From contig MU053594.1 of NCBI GenBank assembly GCA_013239625.1, positions 124,001 through 188,000 of the forward strand: a DNA stretch of 64,000 bases, given 5' to 3'. The position numbers were made by a program, and so were the translations under genes. Shown here piece after piece: positions 24,306-36,800 of this stretch; within the stretch, counting starts at the first letter, position 1, and every line of letters starts with the position of its first letter. The notes beneath the pieces were generated by a model, which did not search any database, was not told where the DNA came from, and saw nothing but the letters and a program-made list of their open reading frames with translations. Source of the stretch: Lama guanicoe. Its lineage: Eukaryota.

Positions 24306-27300
24306 TCAGTACATTTTTGGGCTAAACGAATAAATGAATGAAGACTCCTTCTGCTCTAAAAGCCTGCAGAGAAAGGGATACATTCCCAAGGCTCCTGCAG
24401 TAAACTAGCATCTTCATCTGCAGACATGACATGCCCCGCTCGTGTTTAACAGAAACCCCAAAGAAGGCTATTTATATTTAGTTCATTCTAGAGAGAGAGA
24501 GAATCGAATAAAAAAAGAAGGCAAGGAAAAAAAGAGCCCAGACAGCTCAAAGTGGGTTCTACCTTCGCATGTGATTTCAACCCCCACCCTCCACCCCACG
24601 TCCAGACTGAATAATTTAATAACACACGCGTATTAAACAGATTTAGTTGAAAAAATGTGAGCAGGATCCTAGCTCAACTGCAGCTGACTTTGATTTGGTC
24701 AGCAATGAAGGCAGCTTTATTTGACAGCCCTGCTGCCTATGACGGGAAGTTCGAAAATATACTTAAAATAAAAACACACACACACAAACAAAAATATCCC
24801 AGGCAAATCCTAGGAGAGGGACGCACGGAGCTGAGAACGTGGACAGCCAAGAGCAAAGCTGGCCTCTCTTTCTGCGCTGGTTCGAGGGGGCGGGTGTTCC
24901 AGAGCCCGGGGAAGAGGCTTTACTAACAGCTCCTTGAACTTCTTTTTCTCCCCTTTTTTTCTTTGCAAAAGAAGGCAGGCGTATTCCTTCTGCACAGACT
25001 CCTCGCAAAGAACAAACAAACAAAAGCTGGGACAGAGCAAGGCCCTTTGCAAGCTGCAGGTAATTAAAACGGCCTGTAAATGCCCCAGCAGAAAGCACTT
25101 CAAAGACAGTAATTCCAGCAATGGCCAGTCAAGACTGTGTGGTGTAAAAATTATGAGTTTTCCCAACGGGGAGCTTTGTGTGAAAAGGACAAGGGTTGGT
25201 GGCAAAGGGAGGGTGAGCCACACGGAGGAGGCTTACAATGGTGTCCACGCCGGGTGTGCACGGGACTGCGTGTGGATGTGTGCGTGTGTGTGCGTCGCAC
25301 ACGCGGGCAAGAGAAAGGGGGATGCTGTGCATGTGGGTGAGAGCATGCATTTATCAACGCCGAGATGCTCGGAGCGTGTGGGACTGGAGATAAAAGGAAA
25401 AATAAAATAAAAGCAACAAATACGCATCCTCTCCCCCTGCTGGGCCTCGTTTTCACAGGGAGACGCACCAGGCAGCTCGCTTGCTCCTCCGGCTCCTAAC
25501 TTGTAAGCCTGCTGAGCCGGGCGTGCAGGAAATGCTTAATACCCAGGACTCGGGGCCCAGCTGACAGCCACCGCACAGCCGGCTCTCTGGACAGGCTCTC
25601 ATATGTTCCATCTCACAGAGACACACACTTAGGACAACAGACCGCCAGCTACGAGATCTTAAAACAGAGGATGGAGAAAAGGGAGAAGATTATTAACCTT
25701 GACTCTGACCACATTCACTAAATTCTCCGTGCTACCTGCCCGGTGCCCCTATGCTCAGGGGATGCGCTGCCCAGGTCATGGCGTGGAGCTGCTGCACGTG
25801 ACAATGGAGGTGGCAGCCTCGATGCACAGGGACCCTGGCCTCGGTTTTATAATACACAGCACAGAAAACCCAAACTGACACACATCGGTGATCACCTGAC
25901 CACGACATCACTCGTCTTTTTAAAAAGCCCATCACTAGGGTATTTTTTTTTTCTGTATTCTCCCTGCAGGACGGAATAGCCATGAAGGGATGTTTCGCCA
26001 GGCAGGCAGGAGAGCTAGCATCACCCCTAGGGAGCCCCTCATGGTCCCTCCACTCCCAAAGCTGACCGGGCCTCCACGTCACCCCGTCCTTTGCGTGTGA
26101 GTCTCCGGTTGCGCCAATAGCATGGGGGCTGCACCTGCTCGGTCGCCTGCCTCTCCAACTAGATGGAAAATTACCCGAAAACAGACTCGGCCTCACTTCT
26201 CTGTAAATCTCCAGCCTCGCAAAGGGCCTGGATCAGTGGGTGCCCAGGACATGTCTGGGGGGTGGACGAGTGGGTGGGCGCGTCTTGGCCATGCTGTGGG
26301 TAATGAGCAAGCAGGACCGGAATGGGGTACGCACAGCATACTGCACAGAGCCTTGGTACCCAGCTCTTCCTCACCCTCATCAGGCGGTCAAGAGGTCCCC
26401 TGGCCCGCGGGAGCCTCAGAGCCTGCGGAGGGAAGGTGGAAAGAAGCCTGGACTCCCGGGGCGGCCGAGAAGCCAACGCCGGCACAAGCCGATGGCTTTA
26501 TTTCCCCATAAACAAAATCGTGCTCTGCCTCTCTCACAGCCCCACTCACTAACTCCTCCCTGACACTGCTGGCTTTAAGCCCACACATAAAAATGTCCTT
26601 TACTATTTTTATTTAATGAGCTTTCATTTTCCTCCCCTTCTTTGTAAATGAGAAAGGAAAGTCCAGCTCCTAATGGGGGTGGGGGAGAGGAAGCAAAGTG
26701 GAATCTTTTGAAAATGGGCCATAACTTCATGAAAAGCTTTCTCCTCGACAGCACCCCCAGCCCACTCCGGCCCCTCTTCAAGCCCCTCGCGTCCCGCCCT
26801 CCTCCCGGCATCCTTCCTTCTCACGACTCGAAACAAGATGCATGGATTTTGGACATTTGATTGCTTTTAAGTATATATTTTCCCCTCAAATAGACTGAAT
26901 ACAATGGTTAGGGAATGTGACAGAAAACTATTCTGAGCCATTTATTGCCTTAATACCCACCTTTGTCCAACAGGCAGTTTTGACAACAGCGATAAATTCC
27001 AAATTTATGTCAACAGAGCATATGTTGAACACCTCATTTCTGAGCTAAAGCGGCATGCCGTCCTATAAATCACCGTTCTGTTTGAAATGAAAGTAGATTA
27101 CAGGCCTGTGTTATTGAGCAGTTAGAGCTAGGCTCATATAAATCAGAACTTTTAAGTCTAGGCAATCCGTTGTGCAATTAACTAAAGGGCGCTTTGTCAT
27201 CTCAGGGCTTGTGCACAGACTTGGCAGGGCTCGGAGCTCCTGGGGAAGGGGCTGGGAAGGAACAAAAAGTTTTCAGGCTACAGGAACGTTCTCAGCTGCC

Positions 27301-27469
27301 GCGTCCACCACACCCCACAATGCCTTACCACCCCCACCCACACCCCCCCGACCACCACCACTGCAGGAATCTGCCAAGACTGAACGCTGCCAAAGACAAC
27401 CTCGTAATCAGTGTCTGTCACAAAGACAACATCGTACCAAGTCGTAGTCACCTCTGGAAGCCCCAGTGC

Positions 27470-27560
27470 CTTCTCATTCATTAATTAAGCCTTTCCTGCA
27501 CACGAGCCATGTGCAGAGCCTTGACTTAGGTGCTAAGACGACACCAGAGACAAGAGAGGT
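27470..27560 (-). mobile_element. L2 3' end fragment
   Basis: tcattcatt...ccatgtgcagagccttgacttaggtgctaag resembles the reverse L2 terminus. Confidence 0.5.
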
Positions 27561-27624
27561 GATAATGTAATGCAAACAACAATATTAAGATGAGGCTGAT
27601 AAAATGAAGAATTAGAAGAGTGAT

Positions 27625-27830
27625 ATACAAGACGTATCTGAACACTTGCTACATGCCGGGCACTATTCTGCGCATTTTCACGCACTGCCTCATCCACGTC
27701 TCAGAACAACCTCATCAGGCAGGTATCATTTTTATTTCTGTTTTACTGAAGACAAAACTGAGGCACAAGGAATTAAATCATTTATCTGAGGTCATCAGGT
27801 CTGTAAGTGGAAGAGCCTGATTCATTTCTA
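27625..27830 (-). mobile_element. MIR SINE
   Basis: tacatgccgggcactattct...aaaactgaggcacaagg...tctgaggtcatcag...gtaagtggaagagc. Confidence 0.85.
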
Positions 27831-27851
27831 ACTGGCAGAGCAAAACATTTA

Positions 27852-27901
27852 AAAACTCAGACTCTTAAAAAAAAAACAAAAACAAAACAAAACTCAGACT
27901 C
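27852..27901 (+). mobile_element. Solo A-rich insertion with 13-bp TSD
   Basis: AAAACTCAGACTC at 27852-27864 and 27889-27901 flank a 24-bp A-rich insert. The left copy follows TTT/AAAA. Confidence 0.75.
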
Positions 27902-28120
27902 CGATGCCAGCCCTCGCTGCAAATTCCAGGTCTACAACTTATCAGCTTTAAGATGTTGGCTGAAACCAACATTGTAAATCAACTACACTTCAATTTAAAA
28001 AAAAAATCAATGGTGGGATTCTCTAAGCCTCGGTTTTCTCATCTGTCAAGTGGGATAGTGGTATTGTTATCCCAAAGGGTAGAAAAATGAGATCGTGCAT
28101 GTAAAAAGATTCAGCACACA
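27902..28120 (+). mobile_element. MIR interrupted by a very short L1 3' tail (about 27960-28008)
   Basis: MIR core ctctaagcctcggttttctcatctgtcaagtggg; inserted aacattgtaaatcaactacacttcaattt(a)n is the L1 terminal sequence. Confidence 0.7.
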
Positions 28121-30641
28121 CACAAAAAGAAGATGGTGAAGAAAAAAGAAAAGACAGCATAGAGTCGAGAATATAATGTGGAAAATAAATATTAGCTAGT
28201 ATAAGCCTGAATAAGAAGAAAGAGTGACCCTGGTCCTCTGTCAGATGGTTCATCATGTAGCTGATGAGAAAGAGACAGAGAAAGAATCACAAAAGGAAGA
28301 TGTGATTATGCACCCAAATGCCAGCAAATAATCCATGTTACAGGTGTGCAGAAGAGGAGCCGATAAAAGGCGGGTGGTGCGGCCAGAGGTGGCTTGAGGG
28401 CGTGGTGGGACTAAGCTGGTCCTTTCAGGAGCTTTGTAAGCTCTAAAGCTCTGTCTACCCACGTCAGGGAATATTAAGAATGGAAAAGCCTCGGATAAGG
28501 GAGAGAGGTTCACGTGATGGAGGCATCACACGAGCCAGGACTGGCCAATAGGAGCAAGTCACGCTGGAGGAGTCTCTGGGAGACTCTCTGGGCCATCCAG
28601 AGTGGCCCGGTGGAAGGTCAGAGGTCATAGCAAGGGCAGGATTGCGTCACTGACCAGCCACCGTAACCCTCCTTGAAGCAAACAACAGAGCTGGCTGGGA
28701 GTGGAAGGCTGAGGGTGGGCAGGGACCATGGAAGGAGAAAGACAGAGAGAAGGGCCCAAAGTCTGAATTGAGAATGAGGACATTTCCAAAGGCAGTACTT
28801 AGGTCAGCCTTCCAGAACAAGTGCCAACACAATATCCTTGCTCTGCATCTGTAAGAGACTTCTGTCCCCCAAGAAGATCCAAGAAGAGAGAGACTGGAAC
28901 AAACCACCCATCTCTCTGCCTGGCTCCGTGGAGTACAAGTTACCATGGCAGGAAACTCAGAAGAGCCACCACTTCTGTTTGCTCCCTGGCAGCAACGCCC
29001 ATCCAATTAAACAGGCCATCACCATCACCTACTGATCAGGATGCAGGTGGCAACAAGAACCCACAGTGGAGGAGCTACACTGCGTGACTTCTTCCTCGGA
29101 GTCATCTTGAGCTGGTCACCAATTCAATATGGTGGGGGGACGGCAAAAATACCCGGGTCCCCCGTCTCTCTCACGAGCCCTTATGGGTTGAGAATCAATC
29201 ATGTATTTCCTTGGCATGGTGAGAGATACAACGAAAGCACAGGACAATAACCTGTCTCCCCAGAGCTTGACATCTAGTTGAGGAGAGAAGACAATACACA
29301 ATCATGTGAACCAGTTCTTACTCCCAAGCTTCGATGTCAGGTCCTGACTGCAGCCACCACACCCAGAGTCAGCGGGAATCAAAACTCAGAGCCTTCCCCC
29401 TCCCCACGTGTGAGGAGTGGGCCCAAGGCTGGGCCCAGGAGACACCAAGAATGGAGCCAGCAGAGAAGAGGAGAGGCATTTCAGAGGAGGGAGAAACAGG
29501 CACGAGAACAGCATCATTCCTGAGCGAGGGGCAGCCAGCCCGGAGACAGGTGGGCGGGCGCCGAGCGAGTGACGCGGAGTGGCGTGAGATGAGTATGGAC
29601 CGGAACACTAACGGGGGAGAAGGTGGGGTTGGAGGGCAGGCACAGGTCCCTGAGAGATGGGGAGGGGACACGAGGATGGTGGCGGTCTAAGAGCAGAGGG
29701 CTGGCATGCCCTAGACGCCCTCCCATCACGACAGATGGCCCTAAGGAACATCTGGCCTTGGAGACTGGCCAGACACTTGCTCTCCGACCTCCTCCACAGC
29801 CTCCCATTCACGGACAAGTGGATTCCTCGCAGGAAGATCGGGGTGACGGGGCCTTCCTGCCACCCACTCTGTTTTGGTCACTTGCCAAGGTGCTCCGTCT
29901 TGCTGCCTAGCTGGATGCGAGCAAGGCGAGAATACGCTGGACAGAAACTGCACCCTCCCTAGGAATCCCCTAGCACACACACGTGGACGAGCAGGTACGT
30001 CCCTGCAACACACCCCCATCTTTCACCATCTGGCTGAGCAAACTGCTGGTCTCTGAAAAAAAAAAAAAAAGAAGAAAGGAAAGCTCTTAGAGATATTTGT
30101 TTAATATCTGAAAAGTGGGGGAGCAGATGAAGTACGCAAGTTTCATTTAGAAAATCATTAAGGAGCTATTATAGTAAAATGAGGCTTCTGGTTTCCAAAT
30201 AAAGCTGAAACAATCACACTGAACACACTGGCAGAGCTGGCGAATGAAGGCGCTCAGAGAGGAGCAGGAAGGAAGGAAGTACAGTAAAAATAATAATAAC
30301 TGGAGATGCCAGGGAGTCCCAGGCAGCCCCCCTTCCCGCTTCGGGACGGAGAATCAGCTTGACCGATGAGCTGGGGAATCCACGGCTCAACAGTGACAGC
30401 CTGCAGGAGGGTCTCCGTCAGGTTTCGGAAGTGTGGTTCCAGGGACCCCTCTGTTCTGAGGCTGCCACTTACATCCCATGATTTTCATCTTAAACATCCT
30501 CACAAAAGCATCTCCAGAGAAAGAAGAGGCTGGCACCAGCTTCCTTTTGAGACAGAAAGCTGGCTGGGGACAGGTGAGGAGTGAGACCATGGGAGTATGA
30601 GTAAGTAGCTCCCCTAAGAGGAAGGGAACAGAGAGCAGCAG

Positions 30642-30790
30642 ATCCATTCACTCAAAGTTGACAGATATTTATTGCCTCCTAAATGCAAGGCATGGTGTTG
30701 GCCACTGTGGAAAGGTTCAAAGAAATGTAATATACAGCCTGTACCCTCAAGGACCTTAAAATTTAGTAGGGAACCCAAGACATATGCATG
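30642..30790 (-). mobile_element. L2 3' fragment
   Basis: ccattcactca...atatttattgcctcct...cctgtaccctcaaggacctta. Confidence 0.65.
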
Positions 30791-33447
30791 TAAAAAGCTA
30801 GCACCACCAGACAAGAGCAGGGGAAATGCAAGGCTGAAGGCGGGATGAAGGATGCTACAAGTTTTGCATATAGGCTCCAAGCAACAAAGCAGAAGAGAGC
30901 CTCTTCTCTGTCCAGGGTTTATTGCTGTCTGGAAATACCACACCCATTTCTAAACCCCCAAGCAGCCCTCCCTCGGCCATTACATCCTCTCCTGGCTCCA
31001 AGTTCTGCAGACTGTCAAGCCGAGAATACTAACCCTGCCCATTCATTAGTCATATGGTTTGTTTTGCTCGAAAAGGGCAGCTCCCAGGGTTAAACCCCAT
31101 CATGGTCGTAACAGTCACTTCCTGCTCTCCCTGCCACCTGCCTTTCTTTTCTAGCTTGGGAATGGAGGACTCATGGGTGGGCCTGTCCACAGCTCCCAGG
31201 CACCCTTTCATCCTGGGCCCTGGGCCCTCCTCTCAAGGGCTCCACAGGCCACTCCTCGCTCGCTGCCTACCGTGTGAGCCAGTAGAGAGCAGGAGAGCAG
31301 TGCTCACCAGGGCAGTCCCCTCTGCACCTGTCACCAATGCAGAGCACGGGGCTCACTGCACCCAGCACCAGAACAGGGTGATGTGCTCAGAGCAGCCAGG
31401 TAGGGCCTTGCCCCAACCCTACACTATTCACTGGAGGAGAAGGGAGACTCCATCAGGGTCTTAGGAAGCCCCCTACCATCAGTGAGTTATTCTCCATTGC
31501 CAGTGCTGCACTGACTTCTCCATAGAACCCATCCTTATGTTCTCTGCCCAAAGAGAAGGACTCCGTCCACCTTAATGAAATAAACTGTAACAGAGTGGGC
31601 AGGGAACTTCAGCTTCCTTCCAGAAGACACACTCTTAATTCATGCGCTAGTTGTCTTGCTGGAAGCCTCCAGGCCTCTCACTGCAAGCAGGCTGGAAGGA
31701 TTTGGAAATGCTTGGAAATCCTTGGGTCTGGTCATCTACATCCTTAATTGCCATCTGAACATCCACATCACGTCACTTCAGTGTGGCCAACAAGTGCGTG
31801 GCCAAGCTCCTTCTCCAGTGAGGCTGAGAGATGCAAACAGGTACCTCTTTGTGTTTCTCGTTTACTCTCCACTCTCTTTCTTTCCCGAGACGCTTGCATC
31901 TTGGAGAGGATGGGAGACTGGGGAGAGGGGGAGTGGTGTGAGTAGGGAGCATTGACTTCTTTAGCTGGCTGTTGGCTGTGACCTTCATCGTGACAATAAG
32001 GTTTAGTTTCTCTTTTGGTAGAGAGATGAGAGTAGCAGGCTTCAAATGGGAGATAACGGTTGGGTCTGAACAATGCACCCCTCAAAGGTCAACTCTGCAT
32101 GCAAGAACTAAGAGAAGACACAGATGCCATTTCCATAATAGCTTAACCTTCTAAGAATCAGAGGGCTTAGAGAGCTGGGAAGTCCTTGGGCCTTCTATGC
32201 ATCCAGGAATAAAGGTGCTCAAGCATTATAGACAGAAAACCTAGAATATTTTCAAAGAGCTCCAGAAAAGAAATGTCACATAGAATACGGAACAATTTGT
32301 GGAGATCTGGGAGGCAGGAGAACAGAACAATAAGAGAGACTATAGAACATGTTACCCAGCAAAGAGAGCCAAGTCATAAGCCCCAGAGATAGCACAATAT
32401 GCCCTTCAAGGACGCTGATGCCCTTCAGCTAAATCTACATTTGAACCTAAAAAATAAAACTGAAACTTCCAAGACAAAGTCATCCTCAGTAGACATCATT
32501 CTCAGGTTCCATAACGGAGAGTGAAACCTCCCAAACCAAACCCTTTGGCAGGCAATATTCTATCTGATTAGTTTCATTCATCTCTTGGGGAGAACACTGG
32601 AAAGCTGATCTCTCTCTCACCACCACAATTCACCCACAACCCCAACACTGGCAGTACTGGAAGGCAAGAATCTTAGAACACAGCCGAGCCAGTAAGGGGA
32701 AAAGCTCTCAGATGGTCACAAACTTGTGAGATCTTCCAGGGACCATGTAAGCTCTCTAAGACTCAGTGGTCCCATCTGTAAAATGGGGTTGTTCCTCCCG
32801 ACTCTGCCAGCCTATGGACAGATCTGTGATCTCTGAGCTCATGAGCCCCTCTCCTTTACAGGGACAAGGCCTCATTTCCACGGCTGCTCTTGTGTGGCCC
32901 TACAAAGAGCACCTTATCCCCTCAGCAGCAGTAAATAACGTTCCCAAAATGCCAAGACTTGAAAACCGATGCTATTTTCAGCCCTTCCTGGGAGAATACT
33001 TGTTTTTGAAACTCCACCCAGGTTGTTCACACAAGGAAGACGAGTTAAAAGAAGAATCTGAGTGAAGGATGGATGAGGATGTCATCGTGCTGGCCAAGGT
33101 CCAAGTCTGTCTCTCAAGGTAGAAAGAGTTCAACTAAATTTCATGAAGCTTTCTTTCGATATGTAGCTGGAGTCCCACCATGAGGTCTGGGACCCACAGT
33201 GTGAATTCACAGCACTGCAGAGAAGAGAAGAGCCAGCCCACAGAAGGAACTAAGGTACAAGGAAGGACAGCGTTGCTTTGCTTTGAGATGCACAGGAAGT
33301 TGGGTAGGATAAGGGTCCATCCTGCCTGGCTTTCCAGGGAGGGGGTGGAAAGGGCCACTTCCTGTTGCAGAAGCTTCTGTGAACAGTAAAAGGAAAAGCG
33401 CTGACCCCTTCCCCCAAAGACCAGCCATTCACATTTCTTCACCTTGC

Positions 33448-33982
33448 TGTATTAGTTGCCTTTTGCTGCTGTAACAAATCACCACAAAGTGAACAGCTTA
33501 AAACAACACAAATGTATTATCTCACATTTCTGTTGGCAAGAAGTTTAAAGTGGGTCTCATCGGGCTAAAGTCAAGGTATTGGCAGGCCCGTGTTCCTTTG
33601 TTTAGGGGAGAATCTGATCCTTCACCGTTTTTTTGGCTTCAAGAGGCTGCTCTCATTCCTTGGCCCGTGGCCCCTTCCTCCATCTTCAAAACCAGCAACA
33701 CCAGGCTGGGTTTCTCCCAGGCTGCCATCCCTCTGGTTCTCTGCTTCCATCCTCAAGTCTCCTTTTCTGACCCTGACATTGCCTCCTCTGCCTCCCTCTT
33801 CCACATCTAAAGACCTCTGTGATTACACTGATTACACTGGACCCACTTGGATGATCCAGGATAACCCCTCTATCTTAAAGTCAGCTGATTAGCAATCTTA
33901 ATTCCCATCTGCAGTAACATATTCACAGGTTCCAGGGAATAGGACCTTGGGGGGAGGGGCGGACACTACTCTACCTACCACA
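33448..33982 (-). mobile_element. MaLR solo LTR (MLT1C/D-like)
   Basis: TG...CA ends; tgtattagtt...gctgctgtaacaaatcaccacaaa...ttaaaacaacacaaatgtattatctcac...ctacctaccaca. Flanks are CTTGC and CTCAC. Confidence 0.9.
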
Positions 33983-36589
33983 CTCACTAATCAGACAACG
34001 TTAAGATCCTCTGCTGGTGCCCACACTTCCCAAAGCCCATAAGGCTTTGCTAAGGAGGAAGAGGGTCTCATGTCACCTTCTTGATACCCCAGATACATTG
34101 CCCTGGGAATTTCTGGAGCATGGAGACGTATAGCTGAACTAACATGATCCACTAGCTATATCTGCCTCGGTGTATGCACACGTGTGTGTACACGCACACA
34201 TATGTGTGGTGTGTGGCCTGAACCCCTGGAGATGGGATTACAGCATATACATCCTTGAATCTTCCATGGGATCCGGCACAACTCTAGACACGGAATGAGA
34301 CACTTAATACTAGTGGCTTATCTGATCGCTGGACCAATGATCCCGTCTATGGATTACCCAGATCCCAGAACCAGGGAACTGCCAAATCTCAGCTTTGGAA
34401 TTAACCTGTAAAGTATTCATTTTAAAACATCCTATTTTACAACAGAGACTTAGTAAAAGTTTTCCCTCTTTGTTCTCTCCCTGGTTACATTTCTTTTACC
34501 CACTTTCATTGTTTACTTCCCAGATGGGGAGGGCAAGTTAAAATATGAATAAGGACCCATAAGGATGCTTTTAGAACATTTGAGGATTCTAATTCTTCAA
34601 GCCTTGCCTGTATCCATCCCACCCATCAGCCTGGCGAACCCTACATGCTGACGCGTGTTAAATACCCTCACTGTGTAGCTGATCCCAGGGTAAAAAATGC
34701 TGATCTCAATTTCTCCCGGGAGCCACTGGCTGATCCCACTTCCATCTATTAAAAATAATACTAAACAAGCCTTCTCTCACCCTCACAGCTGAAGACACAG
34801 CTGAGCTCGTGAGCCTACAAGACCAGAAACACTCTACTCCCCACCTGCCCTGTGCCACCACGGAGGCTAAAGACTGAAAAAGAGGAAAGACAAGAGGGGA
34901 AAAGAGAGAAGAGAGGAAGACCCAGGGCAAAGTCATAGTGAGGACATACAGCTCTGTTTGGCGGTAACGCAACCAGAATTGGGAGAACAAACCAAAGTTG
35001 TCAGAGGTTCGCACATCACTCCCTCCCTGTACCTACCCGCCACTCTGCTAGCACCAAGACGAACCCCAGGCACAGAGCAGAAGGCAGATACAGGGAAACT
35101 AATGCGCTCCCAGGGTCCCACTAAACGAAGCATGGGATCCATATGCAGATGATGTTAAGCATTTTTCACAGACTCACTTATGCTAAGAAGACACTGTCCT
35201 GAGCCAGTGCGGAGGCCCAGCCCGCTCTGTCCCTGTGTCTCAGAAGCCACACTTGACACCTGCCATCCTCTCCGCACTGGGGCTCTCGCGCACTGGTGAA
35301 AAGACTCAGGCTGCTTTGCGCACACCCACGGGAGGCCTAAGTACTCTGCCAGCCTGTGGGGGCCTGCAGGGAGAGCCCCAGGGACCAGTCACTGAGGTCG
35401 GCTGTCCTCTGACACTGTCATCGGGCCATAAACCTGGTCTGCGGTGATGCCAGAGTCGAGACACATGTCTGAGGACCAGTGGGCCGATCAGGCTGAACAC
35501 TTGTGCCAGGACGGCCTCGTGCTGCCCAAGGAGCAGTTTCCATCCACGCCGATGTCTCAGGAGACCCGTTTCTTCTAACTTAAAGGCTTGGACCCAGCAA
35601 GCCAGGGTCAAGACTGCCGAGGCCCAACTGTCCAGCCGTACATGTGGGGGCACGGAGGGGAGGAAAGTCTCATCAACCCAATGGCTGCGCTCGGGAAGGC
35701 CTTCAGCCCCCAGCCCCTGCCACTCTGCTGGGCCTCAGACTCATCAGCTGGCCTTTGAATTCCAAGATCAGAGGAGACTTTGGTGAGGAGGGTCACATCC
35801 TCGGGTGGCTCCGGGGCACTCAGCGAAGGCAGCATGGCAGGAGATGCAGACGGAGCCCTTCGGGCGGAGAACCCGGAGGGCATCCGGCCAGCACACCTCT
35901 CCCGGGCCTGACCAGCACCACGAAATGCCAGGAGGGGTGGGGCGGAGCTGGTGAGCCGCCAGCTGCTCTGGTTTCGGGCATTAGTTAGGACTGGAAAGTG
36001 TACCCCACACACTGCGTAAATGGGCCCATTGACCAAGAGAACACGGGCACCTCAGGCAGGCAGGCCACCGATGGATTTTATGAAGAAAGGAGGAGTGAGA
36101 TGGACGGGCAACGCTTTTGATTTCGGGGAGATCTGGAAGGTTACCAGCCCTGTGAGTAGCTGCACTATAAAAAGAGTCAGACACTAAGTATTTCCTTTCC
36201 CATAAAATATTCATTGCCGCATGGAAGAGCCAAGAAGCCGAAACCTCAAGCATGTCTAACTTTGTGCTGCAGTAATAACAGAGTTTTATAGGAACCTTCT
36301 GATTGTATTTATACCAGGCTAAAAATACAATTCCATCCGACAGAGAGGAGGCGAGGCACACCTAGCCCCTCTCTGAGTCTGTACTGTAATGAGAAAGACC
36401 CCAGGTACACCCACAACTCCATTTAGCATTTCAGCTAGAAAACAGCAGATGGGGAGATCCGTGGTGCCAGCCCTCCTCAGAGGAGTGCGTGCGGAGAGGC
36501 CGGGCTGCTCACACAAACAACGCTTGGGACGTACTCAAAACCCGGTGGACAAATGGTACTTCTCTTGCTTAATGATGGAACCGTGTCCC

Positions 36590-36800
36590 GAGTGCCTGAC
36601 GTTTATTTAGCTCTTCGCAGTTTACAGAGTGCTTTCCCATCCTTTGATCCCCAAAAGAAGCCTGTACAGGGCAGGATGGGTGCTGCTGTCCCTGTGAGCT
36701 TCAGGACGGTTAAGCAACTCGCCCAAGATCACACAGCTAGAAGGCAGCACAGCCCAGGCCGAGATGCTGGCCACCCGACCCCACCTCCAGCCGTTTCCCT
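36590..36800 (-). mobile_element. MIR fragment
   Basis: tttacagagtgctttc...ggttaagcaactcgcccaagatcacacagctag. Confidence 0.7.
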
